Numbered from the stretch's first letter, positions 8,958 through 17,638 are shown. The stretch: 64,000 nt of DNA from an archaeon (GCA_030704845.1 JAUYKZ010000001.1:621-64620), one strand, 5' to 3'. Notes: generated by a model not told the origin, from the letters alone. Numbers and translations are program-made.

Positions 8958-10647
8958 AATTTATTGGAAGAGAACTTTAGTATTACTTCTCCTACTTTCA
9001 ATAACATTAAGCATATCTGTATTTGCTGCAACTAAATCCCCTGAGGGATCAACAGCTAAGAGTATCAGTTTAGCTAGCGGAACAACTTGTAATAGTATCA
9101 CCCGATGTAAACAGATTCATCAAGCTTGGTTGCAGGTGTATGACTCTTTGGGTTACAGCAGGCTAGTGTTTAATCCGTCTTTAGGGAAATGGGTTAGTTT
9201 TGAGAGTGTTTATCTTCCCCAATTAGAAGATGCTCCATCTAGCACGGAAATTACCAATGAAGCAGAATCTTCAGAAGCAGTTAATCTTAATGAGATTAGT
9301 GGCAGGTATGCTGTTTTTATTAATGCTGCTGCTGGACATTTTGGAATCCAGCCGGCTTTAATTGCTGTTTTTATTAAGTATGAATCCGGGGGAAATCTTA
9401 AACCTTCCCCTACGGGTTGTCAAGGATTGATGCAGGTTTGTAACTGGAATGCTAATTATAATGGGTTCACCTCTGAGAATCCAAATATAAAAATTAAGGA
9501 TGATGCTCTCGATCCAGAAGCTAACATTTATGTGGGAACATACATATTGTCCCAGAAATTCAAAAGTGTTAGCGGATGTAAAGAAGGTAGTGATAGAATT
9601 AAATGTGTAATTGCAGCTTACAATGCGGGGGAAGGGCTGATTAATTATGCTACCAAGGGTTTTGAGGGTGAAGCAACTTGGCAGCAAGTAATAACCATAC
9701 TTCAAAATGAAGAGTTTGTGAAGGGATTAAAAGCATATTCTGATGAAAGATTTTGGATTAATTCGAATGGAGTAAACCAAACTTGGACTGATTCAGTTTC
9801 ATGTCAAGGTTTTAAAGATAAGGTTACTAGAAGAGGATGCAAGATGTACAATTTACAGTTTTATGTGAATAAAATCTTTGCTTCTGTATATGGAGCTTCT
9901 CAAGAACAGACTTCTTCAAGTGATGAAACAATTGCTACGGCAAGTGGCGTCGGTAAGAAAGTCTTACTAATTGGAGACTCTCATACGGCAGGTTATTATG
10001 GGGAATTACTCCATAACTCTTTGGTTAATGTAAATTATGAAGTGAGAACTTATGGTTGTGGTGGAAAAGTTGCAACAGCCTTTGCTAACAACAGGGAGGT
10101 TAGTTGTAGTCTGTCTTACAAATGGATTGGTAATGAAAAAACCTTGCTAACAAAACTCACTCCTAATTTTTTCCAGACTGAAATTAATTCATTCAATCCA
10201 GATATCGTTGTAATCAGTCTTGGGACAAATTATTGGCTCAGAGAAAGTAGTATTGCTAATCCAGGAAGCGTACATTATGCTTCTGTAAATTCATTATTGG
10301 ATAGTGCTCTAGGAAAAACTTGTTATTGGGTTGGGGCACCAGTGTCAACTATTAAATTTGGAGATAGTAAATTGAATTATGATGGTACTTGTACCAAAAA
10401 CCATCCCAATGATTATGAAACTAGTTGTTCTCTGGTGAATATACCTGGAATAAATCGGGGAGATATATACGATTATAATTTAGTTAATACAAATCTAAGA
10501 AAACTAGTTGAAGATAAAGGATGTAACTTTATAGACCCAACGCAGATTGCTGGTTTAACGGAAGATAAATTAAGAGACAAGTTACATTTTAATAATGACG
10601 GTTATACTATCTGGGCAAACTACGTCTTCAAGAAGATAATCAAGTAA
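8950..10647 (+). CDS. Secreted lytic transglycosylase (SLT-like) fused to SGNH/GDSL hydrolase
   Basis: Signal peptide. SLT motifs ALIAVFIKYESGG, GLMQV and AAYNAGEG. SGNH blocks GDSH, GCGG, GTN and DKLHF. ATG overlaps the upstream gene. Confidence 0.85.
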   Translation: MNKIYWKRTLVLLLLLSITLSISVFAATKSPEGSTAKSISLASGTTCNSITRCKQIHQAWLQVYDSLGYSRLVFNPSLGKWVSFESVYLPQLEDAPSSTEITNEAESSEAVNLNEISGRYAVFINAAAGHFGIQPALIAVFIKYESGGNLKPSPTGCQGLMQVCNWNANYNGFTSENPNIKIKDDALDPEANIYVGTYILSQKFKSVSGCKEGSDRIKCVIAAYNAGEGLINYATKGFEGEATWQQVITILQNEEFVKGLKAYSDERFWINSNGVNQTWTDSVSCQGFKDKVTRRGCKMYNLQFYVNKIFASVYGASQEQTSSSDETIATASGVGKKVLLIGDSHTAGYYGELLHNSLVNVNYEVRTYGCGGKVATAFANNREVSCSLSYKWIGNEKTLLTKLTPNFFQTEINSFNPDIVVISLGTNYWLRESSIANPGSVHYASVNSLLDSALGKTCYWVGAPVSTIKFGDSKLNYDGTCTKNHPNDYETSCSLVNIPGINRGDIYDYNLVNTNLRKLVEDKGCNFIDPTQIAGLTEDKLRDKLHFNNDGYTIWANYVFKKIIK

Positions 10648-10664
10648 ATTAAATCAATCAACAA

Positions 10665-11132
10665 TCAATGTTTCCTTAATTCAGCTACTAAGTTCTCAAT
10701 TAAAGAAAGAATTTTAAGCGGAGAATTAACATCTTTAATATCAAACGTGCTTTCTTGAACACCTGCTGAACGCAAATAAACCGAACCATAATTTAAAATA
10801 CGTCCTATCCTATTTTGATTTACGTTTAAATCTGGGACGTAAGCTAGTGATCCAAAGTATACAGTCTTTTTATGTTGTTTAATAATACCATCTATGACAA
10901 CTAATTTAGTATTTGTTATTTTATATCGTGTAACCAATCGAGATAATTCCGCAAAAGAAACTGCGAAAAATCCCACAAATAATCCTGTATATAAAATCAC
11001 ATCTGGAATTGCAACTCCCCTTGTGTTAGCAAGAAGAATCATTAAAAGAATTACCACGCCACAAAAATATTCTGGAAGATAAGCTTTCCTCGTTTTACGC
11101 AGTATTTTCAAAACTTGCTCCTTTTCTTCCAT
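10665..11132 (-). CDS. Membrane-flanked bacterial PH-domain (bPH) protein
   Basis: Two TM helices followed by YKITNTKLV and QNRIGRILNYGSV, typical of bPH_2. Confidence 0.7.
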   Translation of the reverse strand: MEEKEQVLKILRKTRKAYLPEYFCGVVILLMILLANTRGVAIPDVILYTGLFVGFFAVSFAELSRLVTRYKITNTKLVVIDGIIKQHKKTVYFGSLAYVPDLNVNQNRIGRILNYGSVYLRSAGVQESTFDIKDVNSPLKILSLIENLVAELRKH

Positions 11133-11185
11133 TTTGTAATTTTATGTCCTAAACCTTTATATATTTTATGCGAAAAGATAGACAA

Positions 11186-11986
11186 ATGCCAGAACTTCCA
11201 GAGGTGGAAACTGTCGTTAGACAATTACGGCAGAAAGTACTTGAAAAGAAAGTGGTCAATGTTGAGGTGTTTGATCCTAAAGTAGTAGACACTCGCCTTC
11301 AACAATTAGCTCCTTTTAAATTTAAAAATATCACCCGGAGAGGCAAATCTATCATCGCTTCTTTAGATAATGATAACTATTTAATCATTCAATTAAGGAT
11401 GACTGGTCATTTTTATTACGTTCCTAAACTTCCTTCATCAGATACACATAACGAACATCTAGCTGCCGTATTTCATTTCACCGATAAATCTATTTTAACT
11501 CACAATTCTATTCGTCGTTTTGGAAAGATTCAATTAGCAACAAAGAAAGAAGTTGATGAATATGTATCTAAGCTAGGTCCTGAACCGTTAGAAATGACTT
11601 CGAGCGAATTTATTTCATCTTTACAGAAAACTCCCTCAGCTGTTATCAAAAGTAAACTTCTCGAACAAGATTGCATTGCGGGAATTGGTAACATTTACGC
11701 TCAGGAAGCATTATATCACGCTAAAATTCTTCCTTCTAAAAAGATAAATCAAATTTCAGAGTCACAATTAACAAAATTACACAAAGAATTACAAAGTGTT
11801 CTTCTTAAGTCAATCGAACATAATGGGAGTACTGTTTCTAATTATACCCACATTGCTGGTAAAGGCGAATTTCAGAATTTTCTTGCAGTTTATCAAAAAG
11901 ATAAATGTCCAAAGAGTCATAAAATCCGAAAAGTACAAATAGGAGGAAGAAGTACCTACTATTGTAAAGACTGTCAAAAATCATAA
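11186..11986 (+). CDS. mutM: Formamidopyrimidine-DNA glycosylase (Fpg/MutM)
   Basis: N-terminal MPELPEVE, RRGK, LRMTG, H2TH motif AGIGNIYAQE, and C-terminal zinc finger GRSTYYCKDCQ. Confidence 0.93.
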   Translation: MPELPEVETVVRQLRQKVLEKKVVNVEVFDPKVVDTRLQQLAPFKFKNITRRGKSIIASLDNDNYLIIQLRMTGHFYYVPKLPSSDTHNEHLAAVFHFTDKSILTHNSIRRFGKIQLATKKEVDEYVSKLGPEPLEMTSSEFISSLQKTPSAVIKSKLLEQDCIAGIGNIYAQEALYHAKILPSKKINQISESQLTKLHKELQSVLLKSIEHNGSTVSNYTHIAGKGEFQNFLAVYQKDKCPKSHKIRKVQIGGRSTYYCKDCQKS

Positions 11987-12117
11987 AAATGCGTAAAAGC
12001 GTTCCATGTTCTGGATGCTTTTTTTGATCACGCATTTTTAGGATCCCAAAAAAGCATAAGCTGTTGTAGTGTTATATCCACAATCTTAAGGAAGTGGTAT
12101 TACGCTTTTTTTAGGAT
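11984..12117. repeat. Intergenic double inverted-repeat element
   Basis: TAAAAATGCGT(11984-11994)/ACGCATTTTTA(12030-12040), with inner AAAAGCGTTCCA/TGGATGCTTTT. A second imperfect IR follows: ATCCCAAAAAAGCATAA/TTACGCTTTTTTTAGGAT. Confidence 0.55.
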
Positions 12118-12145
12118 AAAATCTGTCTTTACGAGAGGTAGATAA

Positions 12146-12382
12146 ATGTTAAAGAAACTCCTTAGCAGGTTTAGGAAAAAAACTGAGTATTCAAATAGAT
12201 TTCTAAAATTTTATCATGAGAACAGAAACAGATTAATCAAGGAACGTAGATCAATATATCATCAGAAACGTGAGAAAGGGATTTGTGTGCGTTGTAATCG
12301 CAAAGCTTTATCAAAAATTGTTTTTTGTTCATATCATCAAGAATGTCAAAAAGGATATAATCAAAAAGCGAGGAGTTCTTAA
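12146..12382 (+). CDS. Small basic protein with CxxC...CxxH zinc-finger-like motif
   Basis: CVRC and CSYH motifs, with GAGGT RBS upstream. Confidence 0.65.
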   Translation: MLKKLLSRFRKKTEYSNRFLKFYHENRNRLIKERRSIYHQKREKGICVRCNRKALSKIVFCSYHQECQKGYNQKARSS

Positions 12383-12504
12383 TGAATTTTTTCGAGAAAA
12401 AAAAGAAAACTAAGAAAAAACAAAAAGGAGATCCCTGGGAAGTAGATGATTCTGACCATCCGGTACATGAGAAATATACTGAACAAGGACCTGTGAAAGA
12501 ATAA
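12382..12504 (+). CDS. Small hypothetical protein (40 aa, not in ORF track)
   Basis: MNFFEKKKKTKKKQKGDPWEVDDSDHPVHEKYTEQGPVKE. TAATG overlap with the upstream stop and AGGAG RBS. Confidence 0.45.
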   Translation: MNFFEKKKKTKKKQKGDPWEVDDSDHPVHEKYTEQGPVKE

Positions 12505-12506
12505 TC

Positions 12507-13850
12507 TTAGGCAAGATATTTTCTATAAATGGCTGTTATTGCCTTTCCTAAATCTACCGATTCAATCCCATATACCATTGAACTTTCTCTCGGCCCTTGA
12601 GACATAAATTTAATGTTTATCCCCTGATTACTTAACGTATCTGCTGTTTCTGCAAGAATTCCTCTTCTTCCCTTTAATCCTTTTCCGGCAATAACAACTC
12701 CGCTGAGATGATCATCGAACTCAACTGATGAATCATCTCCAAGATATCCTTGAAGTTCTTGCATGATCTCATCGACGGCAGTTGGATATTTCGGCAATTT
12801 ATTTCTTTTAAGCATAATGGCTGTGTCGTCAATTCCGGTGGTTATGAATTCGACTGGAATTCTTCTCTTCTTGAAAATTCCAAGTAAATCGCAGACGGTC
12901 CCGATTTCTTCATTCATTCCTAATGATTCAATATTAAATGCACAAAGATTGTCGCGATAACCAATACCTACAATTGGTTTATCTGCATCACTTACTCTTT
13001 CTGAAACAATCCATGTTCCTTCCGAGGGATAAGTAAACGTATTTCTTACATGTACGGGTATACGTCCTTTACGTAGGGGAATCATAGCTTCTTCATGAAA
13101 TATGCTAAATCCGGATACTGAAAGATCTCTAATCTCTCGGTAGGTCATCACATCAATCTTTTTCGCATTAGGAATAATTTTCGGATTAACAGATCTAATT
13201 CCATCACTATCGGTAAAATTTTCATAAGTATACCTTAACGCTGCGGCGAGATGTGCACCAGTTAGATCAGAACCACCCCGACTGAATGTAACAATTTTAC
13301 CATCTAAGGTTTGACCATAAAATCCTGGAACAACATGGAGTTGATCTCCACCTAATCTTTGTCTAATTAATTCCTCAGACACAGATAACACTTTTCCGTC
13401 TAAAGTAACTTTCAGAACTTCGCCTGCATTAACATATTCAGCACCAAGGTATGGGGCCATTATTCTTGCAGAAGCTTCTTCGCCAAAAGCTTTAACTGCA
13501 TCTTCGGCTTCTCTTCCACCATCACTAAGATCATTTATTCTTTGATTTAATATTTCATGAAATGCTTCTTCAAATCTATACGCGACTGTTCCAAAAGCAT
13601 GAGCATAATTTCCAAAAACAGATTTGATATCGTGTTCGGGGTTATAATCTGTATCTTTTTTTTTCTTATCAATAATAGAAATTAATTTATCGGTAACTTT
13701 CTTATCTTCTTCGAAAGCTTTCCCAGGCGCAGAAACAACTATAACTTTCCTTCTTGGATCATCTAGTACTATCTTCTTAATTCTTTCAGCTCCTCCAGCT
13801 CCTCCAGATATGGAACTTCCACCAAATTTGCAAATTATATTTTCAAGCAT
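12507..13850 (-). CDS. lysC: Aspartate kinase
   Basis: KFGGSS, VVSAPG and TFSRGGSDLTG motifs, plus C-terminal ACT domains. Confidence 0.9.
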   Translation of the reverse strand: MLENIICKFGGSSISGGAGGAERIKKIVLDDPRRKVIVVSAPGKAFEEDKKVTDKLISIIDKKKKDTDYNPEHDIKSVFGNYAHAFGTVAYRFEEAFHEILNQRINDLSDGGREAEDAVKAFGEEASARIMAPYLGAEYVNAGEVLKVTLDGKVLSVSEELIRQRLGGDQLHVVPGFYGQTLDGKIVTFSRGGSDLTGAHLAAALRYTYENFTDSDGIRSVNPKIIPNAKKIDVMTYREIRDLSVSGFSIFHEEAMIPLRKGRIPVHVRNTFTYPSEGTWIVSERVSDADKPIVGIGYRDNLCAFNIESLGMNEEIGTVCDLLGIFKKRRIPVEFITTGIDDTAIMLKRNKLPKYPTAVDEIMQELQGYLGDDSSVEFDDHLSGVVIAGKGLKGRRGILAETADTLSNQGINIKFMSQGPRESSMVYGIESVDLGKAITAIYRKYLA

Positions 13851-13898
13851 TTTATTTTTTCCAATTATGTTATATTTATTATTTTACCTGTTCCAACA

Positions 13899-14603
13899 TC
13901 AATTCTGTGGCACATCCTTCACTTTTCCGAAATCAAACACTTCTCCGTTATTTACGATAAACACCGAGAAATCTCCTACTCTTTTTAAGAATGGACTTAA
14001 TATCATCTCTTTCAGAATGTCCGTGCCTTCTAATAATGGGTTAAAACTTGGAACAGCAATTAATACTTTCTTTTTCCAAGAACCTTTAAGGAAACATTTG
14101 AATTTCTCCCATTTACTCCCTTGTCGAATTGTAATTGCTGGATGTTCATGGCCGATAATTATTGTATTTGCATCAGTTTCAACTAATTCGTCCCCGTGAA
14201 TAACTAGTATATCTCCGATTTTATATTCGGTAACAACTTGCACTCCTCTTTTTTCAGCAATTGGTGCAATGATTGGGTCATGATTTCCTTTAATGATTAT
14301 TACTTCATCACATCTTTGAAGAAGGAAATCAAGAAATTGAAGAACTTCTCGCCATTCTTGTCTTAGAACTCTCCCAAATTCATGTTTTAAATCTCCGTTA
14401 ATTACAATAGTTTTTGGCTTAACTTTAAGAAGTATTTCTTCCATGTTTTTGAGAATTTCATCTAACTGGTGTCTTGGAACTAGAATTCCTTTATGGTGAA
14501 GAGCTTCTTCATACCCAATATGGAGGTCATTAATTATCAAAACTTTATTTTCTTTGATCCATAAAGAAGCCCGGATGATTTCAATACCTGGGCTGATTTC
14601 CAT
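13899..14603 (-). CDS. Calcineurin-like metallophosphoesterase
   Basis: DLHIG, GDLKH, GNHD, HGD and GHEHP motifs. Confidence 0.88.
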   Translation of the reverse strand: MEISPGIEIIRASLWIKENKVLIINDLHIGYEEALHHKGILVPRHQLDEILKNMEEILLKVKPKTIVINGDLKHEFGRVLRQEWREVLQFLDFLLQRCDEVIIIKGNHDPIIAPIAEKRGVQVVTEYKIGDILVIHGDELVETDANTIIIGHEHPAITIRQGSKWEKFKCFLKGSWKKKVLIAVPSFNPLLEGTDILKEMILSPFLKRVGDFSVFIVNNGEVFDFGKVKDVPQN

Positions 14604-14626
14604 ATCAACTCTATTTCAAAGAAATC

Positions 14627-14634
14627 TTTATAAA
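14627..14634. promoter_or_regulatory. Palindromic TATA box, probably bidirectional
   Basis: TTTATAAA lies about 24 nt from both the minus-strand ATG at 14603 and the tRNA 5' end at 14659. Confidence 0.55.
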
Positions 14635-14658
14635 TAGTTTGTCTATTTGGAGAATTAT

Positions 14659-14806
14659 GCCCCAGTGGCTCAGCGGTTAGAGCATTCGGCTGTTAACCGG
14701 AGGGTCGTCGGTTCAAAACAGATCTCCCGGATCTGGTAGAGGGATTCGCGGTCACTCGCGTTCCCGCTCATAAGATTTGGAGATTGGGAAAGTCCGACCT
14801 GGGGCG
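14659..14806 (+). tRNA. tRNA-Asn(GTT) with 75-nt T-loop intron (59/60; ~14718-14792)
   Basis: Acceptor GCCCCAG/CTGGGGC, anticodon arm TTCGG-CTGTTAA-CCGGA, T-stem GTCGG/CCGAC interrupted by an insert with relaxed BHB. Confidence 0.88.
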
Positions 14807-14813
14807 CTCATTT

Positions 14814-14837
14814 GGGGGATAATATCCCCCTCTTTTT
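14814..14837 (+). terminator. Hairpin plus T-run after tRNA-Asn
   Basis: GGGGGATA-A-TATCCCCC followed by TCTTTTT. Confidence 0.5.
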
Positions 14838-14915
14838 CTAAGATTATCGGTTCGTTATAGATAATTCTAACAAAATAAAGAAACATTTATATATCCTCAC
14901 TGCTGAGTAATAACT

Positions 14916-15662
14916 ATGCGCAAACTCTCCTTGGTAGCTCTGGTCTTAAAATTTGGTTTAGGTCTAGCGAATGCTACACCTCCGGCTTTAGACCTTCCGA
15001 TAGTTAGTATTATGGGCGATTCACTTTCGGTAAGAGCCACTTCAAAAGGGGGATATGCAACTTATCTGCAGGATTTATGTTCTGATTTAGAAATTGATAC
15101 TTACGGGATTGGCGGACAAAATACTCGGCAGATGGTTAATCGTTTTAAGAAAGACATTGTCGATAAAACTCTTGGCAGTTATAGGATGTATGATGATGTT
15201 ATAATCTTTGCTGGGATAAATGATATTGCTATGATAGATAATGATTATGTTAAAACCGGCAAGGTTTGGTCTGAAGAAAGAGTAGATGAACATACTCTGG
15301 GAATCATAGAAAGACTAGACTCTATGTATAAAGAAGCAAGAGATTCCGGAATGAGGGTTATTGCGGTAACAATCACTCCTTGGGGCGGATATAAGGGAAA
15401 AGTTACAAGATACGGACAATCTCACTGGTCAGAAAATAGTCAGAAAGCGATAGATGCAATAAACTTGTGGCTTCGCTCAAAACCTGAAAATGTAGATGTC
15501 GTGATTGATGCTTATGATGTTTTGGAAGATTCTAATCGTCCAGATGCATTAAAGAAAGAATTTACCGGAGACCGACTTCATCTCAGTTCAAAAGGTAATA
15601 AAGTTCTTGCTAATGGAATCTATAATGCTGCATATCAGACAATCTGTTCACCAGATAATTAG
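14916..15662 (+). CDS. Secreted SGNH/GDSL hydrolase
   Basis: Signal peptide, then GDSLS, GIGGQ, AGIND and DRLHLS blocks. Confidence 0.88.
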   Translation: MRKLSLVALVLKFGLGLANATPPALDLPIVSIMGDSLSVRATSKGGYATYLQDLCSDLEIDTYGIGGQNTRQMVNRFKKDIVDKTLGSYRMYDDVIIFAGINDIAMIDNDYVKTGKVWSEERVDEHTLGIIERLDSMYKEARDSGMRVIAVTITPWGGYKGKVTRYGQSHWSENSQKAIDAINLWLRSKPENVDVVIDAYDVLEDSNRPDALKKEFTGDRLHLSSKGNKVLANGIYNAAYQTICSPDN

Positions 15663-15664
15663 TA

Positions 15665-15919
15665 TCATAGCCCAATAGAATAAATTCTTTCAGCAATTTT
15701 TGTCATAAGATTTTTATCCTGGCATTTCTTAAATAGAAGTTCTCCGTAACTGTGGACAATAACTTCAACTTCTTCAATTTTAATCACTAGGAGAATTGGA
15801 GTTTCTAAAAGAACTTCAAAATGTTCTTTAATCTTGTTAAAGTTTAAAGTTTGTTTTTTAGCTAACTTGGCTGAATATGCAGCTTTTGTTTTGCACTTCT
15901 CAATTATAAATTCAGGCAT
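15665..15919 (-). CDS. Hypothetical protein
   Basis: 84-aa ORF with TATA-like element upstream. No confident family. Confidence 0.6.
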   Translation of the reverse strand: MPEFIIEKCKTKAAYSAKLAKKQTLNFNKIKEHFEVLLETPILLVIKIEEVEVIVHSYGELLFKKCQDKNLMTKIAERIYSIGL

Positions 15920-16068
15920 TATTTAATTAAAATGACTTGTTTATAAAAAGTTATAGTGCTAAATGTATTAAATATAACTCCTAATAACTCCTTATTGCTC
16001 CTAACATTTTTCGTTACATTTATATACTCTAATAATTTTATTACACCTATCATTAGAGGTGATAGTAG

Positions 16069-16464
16069 ATGGTTAAAAGGAGAGCTTCAAATTCAAAAAA
16101 AGCAAGCGCTGTTGCGCGAAAAGGATCTATAGAGATTCATAGAGTTGCACATTATACTTTCTTTGTAGGATTACTTATTGCAATTGTTGCAGGATTATTC
16201 AGAAATTTATTAAGACCTGAAGTACTTGTGACTACTTTGGTAATTCTTGGATTTATCGTTGGTTTGTTTAATCTTACTGCTAAAGAAACTCAAGCATTTT
16301 TAGTTGCTTCAATCGCATTGATGTTAGCGGGCATAGTTAACCTTGGTTTAATTCCTGGTGTTGGTTTATACCTAAGATCAATCTTAAGTAACATAGTTGT
16401 TTTCGTAGTACCTGGAGCAATTATTGTTGGTCTGAAAGCAATTTGGAAAATGGCTTCTGATTAA
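16069..16464 (+). CDS. Small multi-pass membrane protein
   Basis: Four hydrophobic segments and GAGGTGA RBS. Confidence 0.7.
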   Translation: MVKRRASNSKKASAVARKGSIEIHRVAHYTFFVGLLIAIVAGLFRNLLRPEVLVTTLVILGFIVGLFNLTAKETQAFLVASIALMLAGIVNLGLIPGVGLYLRSILSNIVVFVVPGAIIVGLKAIWKMASD

Positions 16465-16547
16465 TTTTTTTATTACTTTTTTATTACTTTTTATTATCTT
16501 TAAATTAAATAATTAGTAGTGATTACGCTTAATTATGGGGTGGATTA

Positions 16548-16661
16548 ATGAAACATGCACAGATAAATTGCTCTTTGTGTTCAAAAACTTTTAATGCATT
16601 TACTTTCTCTCACGTAGTTGGTGTATGCTGTCCTTACTGCCGTACTTCCACAAAAGTTTAA
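16548..16661 (+). CDS. Small zinc-ribbon protein (37 aa, not in ORF track)
   Basis: MKHAQINCSLCSKTFNAFTFSHVVGVCCPYCRTSTKV, with two CxxC motifs and GGGGTGG RBS. Confidence 0.55.
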   Translation: MKHAQINCSLCSKTFNAFTFSHVVGVCCPYCRTSTKV

Positions 16662-16685
16662 AAAGAATAAATCTTCTTTGAATTT

Positions 16686-17516
16686 ATGAACAAAGTTACT
16701 CAATTTTTCTCATTTCTTGGAAGAGGTCTCGCTATGGGCATTGCTGACGTAATTCCTGGCATATCTGGGGGAACTATTGCCTTCGTAACCGGAATTTACG
16801 ATCGTTTAATCTCCAGTCTTAGTTTATTGAAATTTTCATTAATACCTCTTATCTTTAAAGGGAAATTTAAAGAATTTTCAAAACAGATTGATTTTGCTCT
16901 TTTCATTCCTTTGGGGATTGGAATTCTTACTTCAATATTTTTTTTCTCTGGCATAATCACTTCGCTTCTTATTAATCATCCTTCCATAACTTATTCCTTC
17001 TTTTTCGGATTAATCTTATCATCTGCGATTGTTTTATTGCACAAAATTAAGCGAATTAATGTTGAAAATGTAATCTTTTTAATTCTTGGTTTTTTGTTTG
17101 CTTACAGCATTTCTAGTGTACATATTCTAGAAATAACTAATTCTTTACCGATTATCTTTTTCTCGGGAGCCATAGCAATCTCTGCAATGTTACTTCCTGG
17201 GATCTCTGGTGCATTTATTTTACTATTGCTTAACCAATACCAATTCATCTTAAATTCGGTGCAAGACCTTAATTTCGCAGTGTTAATAGTTTTTGCTCTG
17301 GGAGCAATAACTGGTTTACTTGCCTTTTCCAGATTTATCCATTATCTCTTAACAAGATACAAATCTATCGCTCTAGCTGCTTTAGTCGGGGTAATGCTTG
17401 GGGCACTGAAATCTCCTTTACAACAGATAACTTTTGGAACAAATACTGGTTATTTGGTTCTTGCAACCTTGTTAGGTGTGCTAATCGTTTTTATTGTTCA
17501 GAAATTTGATAATTGA
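16686..17516 (+). CDS. DUF368-family membrane protein (polyprenyl-phosphate translocase family)
   Basis: GLAMGIADVIPGISGGTIA and duplicated AMLLPGISGA motifs. Confidence 0.9.
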   Translation: MNKVTQFFSFLGRGLAMGIADVIPGISGGTIAFVTGIYDRLISSLSLLKFSLIPLIFKGKFKEFSKQIDFALFIPLGIGILTSIFFFSGIITSLLINHPSITYSFFFGLILSSAIVLLHKIKRINVENVIFLILGFLFAYSISSVHILEITNSLPIIFFSGAIAISAMLLPGISGAFILLLLNQYQFILNSVQDLNFAVLIVFALGAITGLLAFSRFIHYLLTRYKSIALAALVGVMLGALKSPLQQITFGTNTGYLVLATLLGVLIVFIVQKFDN

Positions 17517-17638
17517 ATGTTTCTTGATTTCTTGCTTGGGTATCATACCCCGCAGTTCTATTGCAATATTGATCCCAAGAAAGATTAAAAAATACCCAGG
17601 AGCTCTGCTCCGATTGGGATTTTTTATTAATCTAGGGT

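Noticed and set aside
8950-10647. Prophage or conjugative-element origin for the transglycosylase
   Set aside because: No capsid, terminase, integrase, relaxase or VirB4/VirD4 genes are in the window, and the flanks are housekeeping genes.
17530-17625. ATACCCCGCAG-containing stretch resembling an IS200/IS605-type end hairpin (similar TACCCCGCA near 37500)
   Set aside because: The palindrome is degenerate and no transposase or tnpB is nearby, so the evidence is insufficient.
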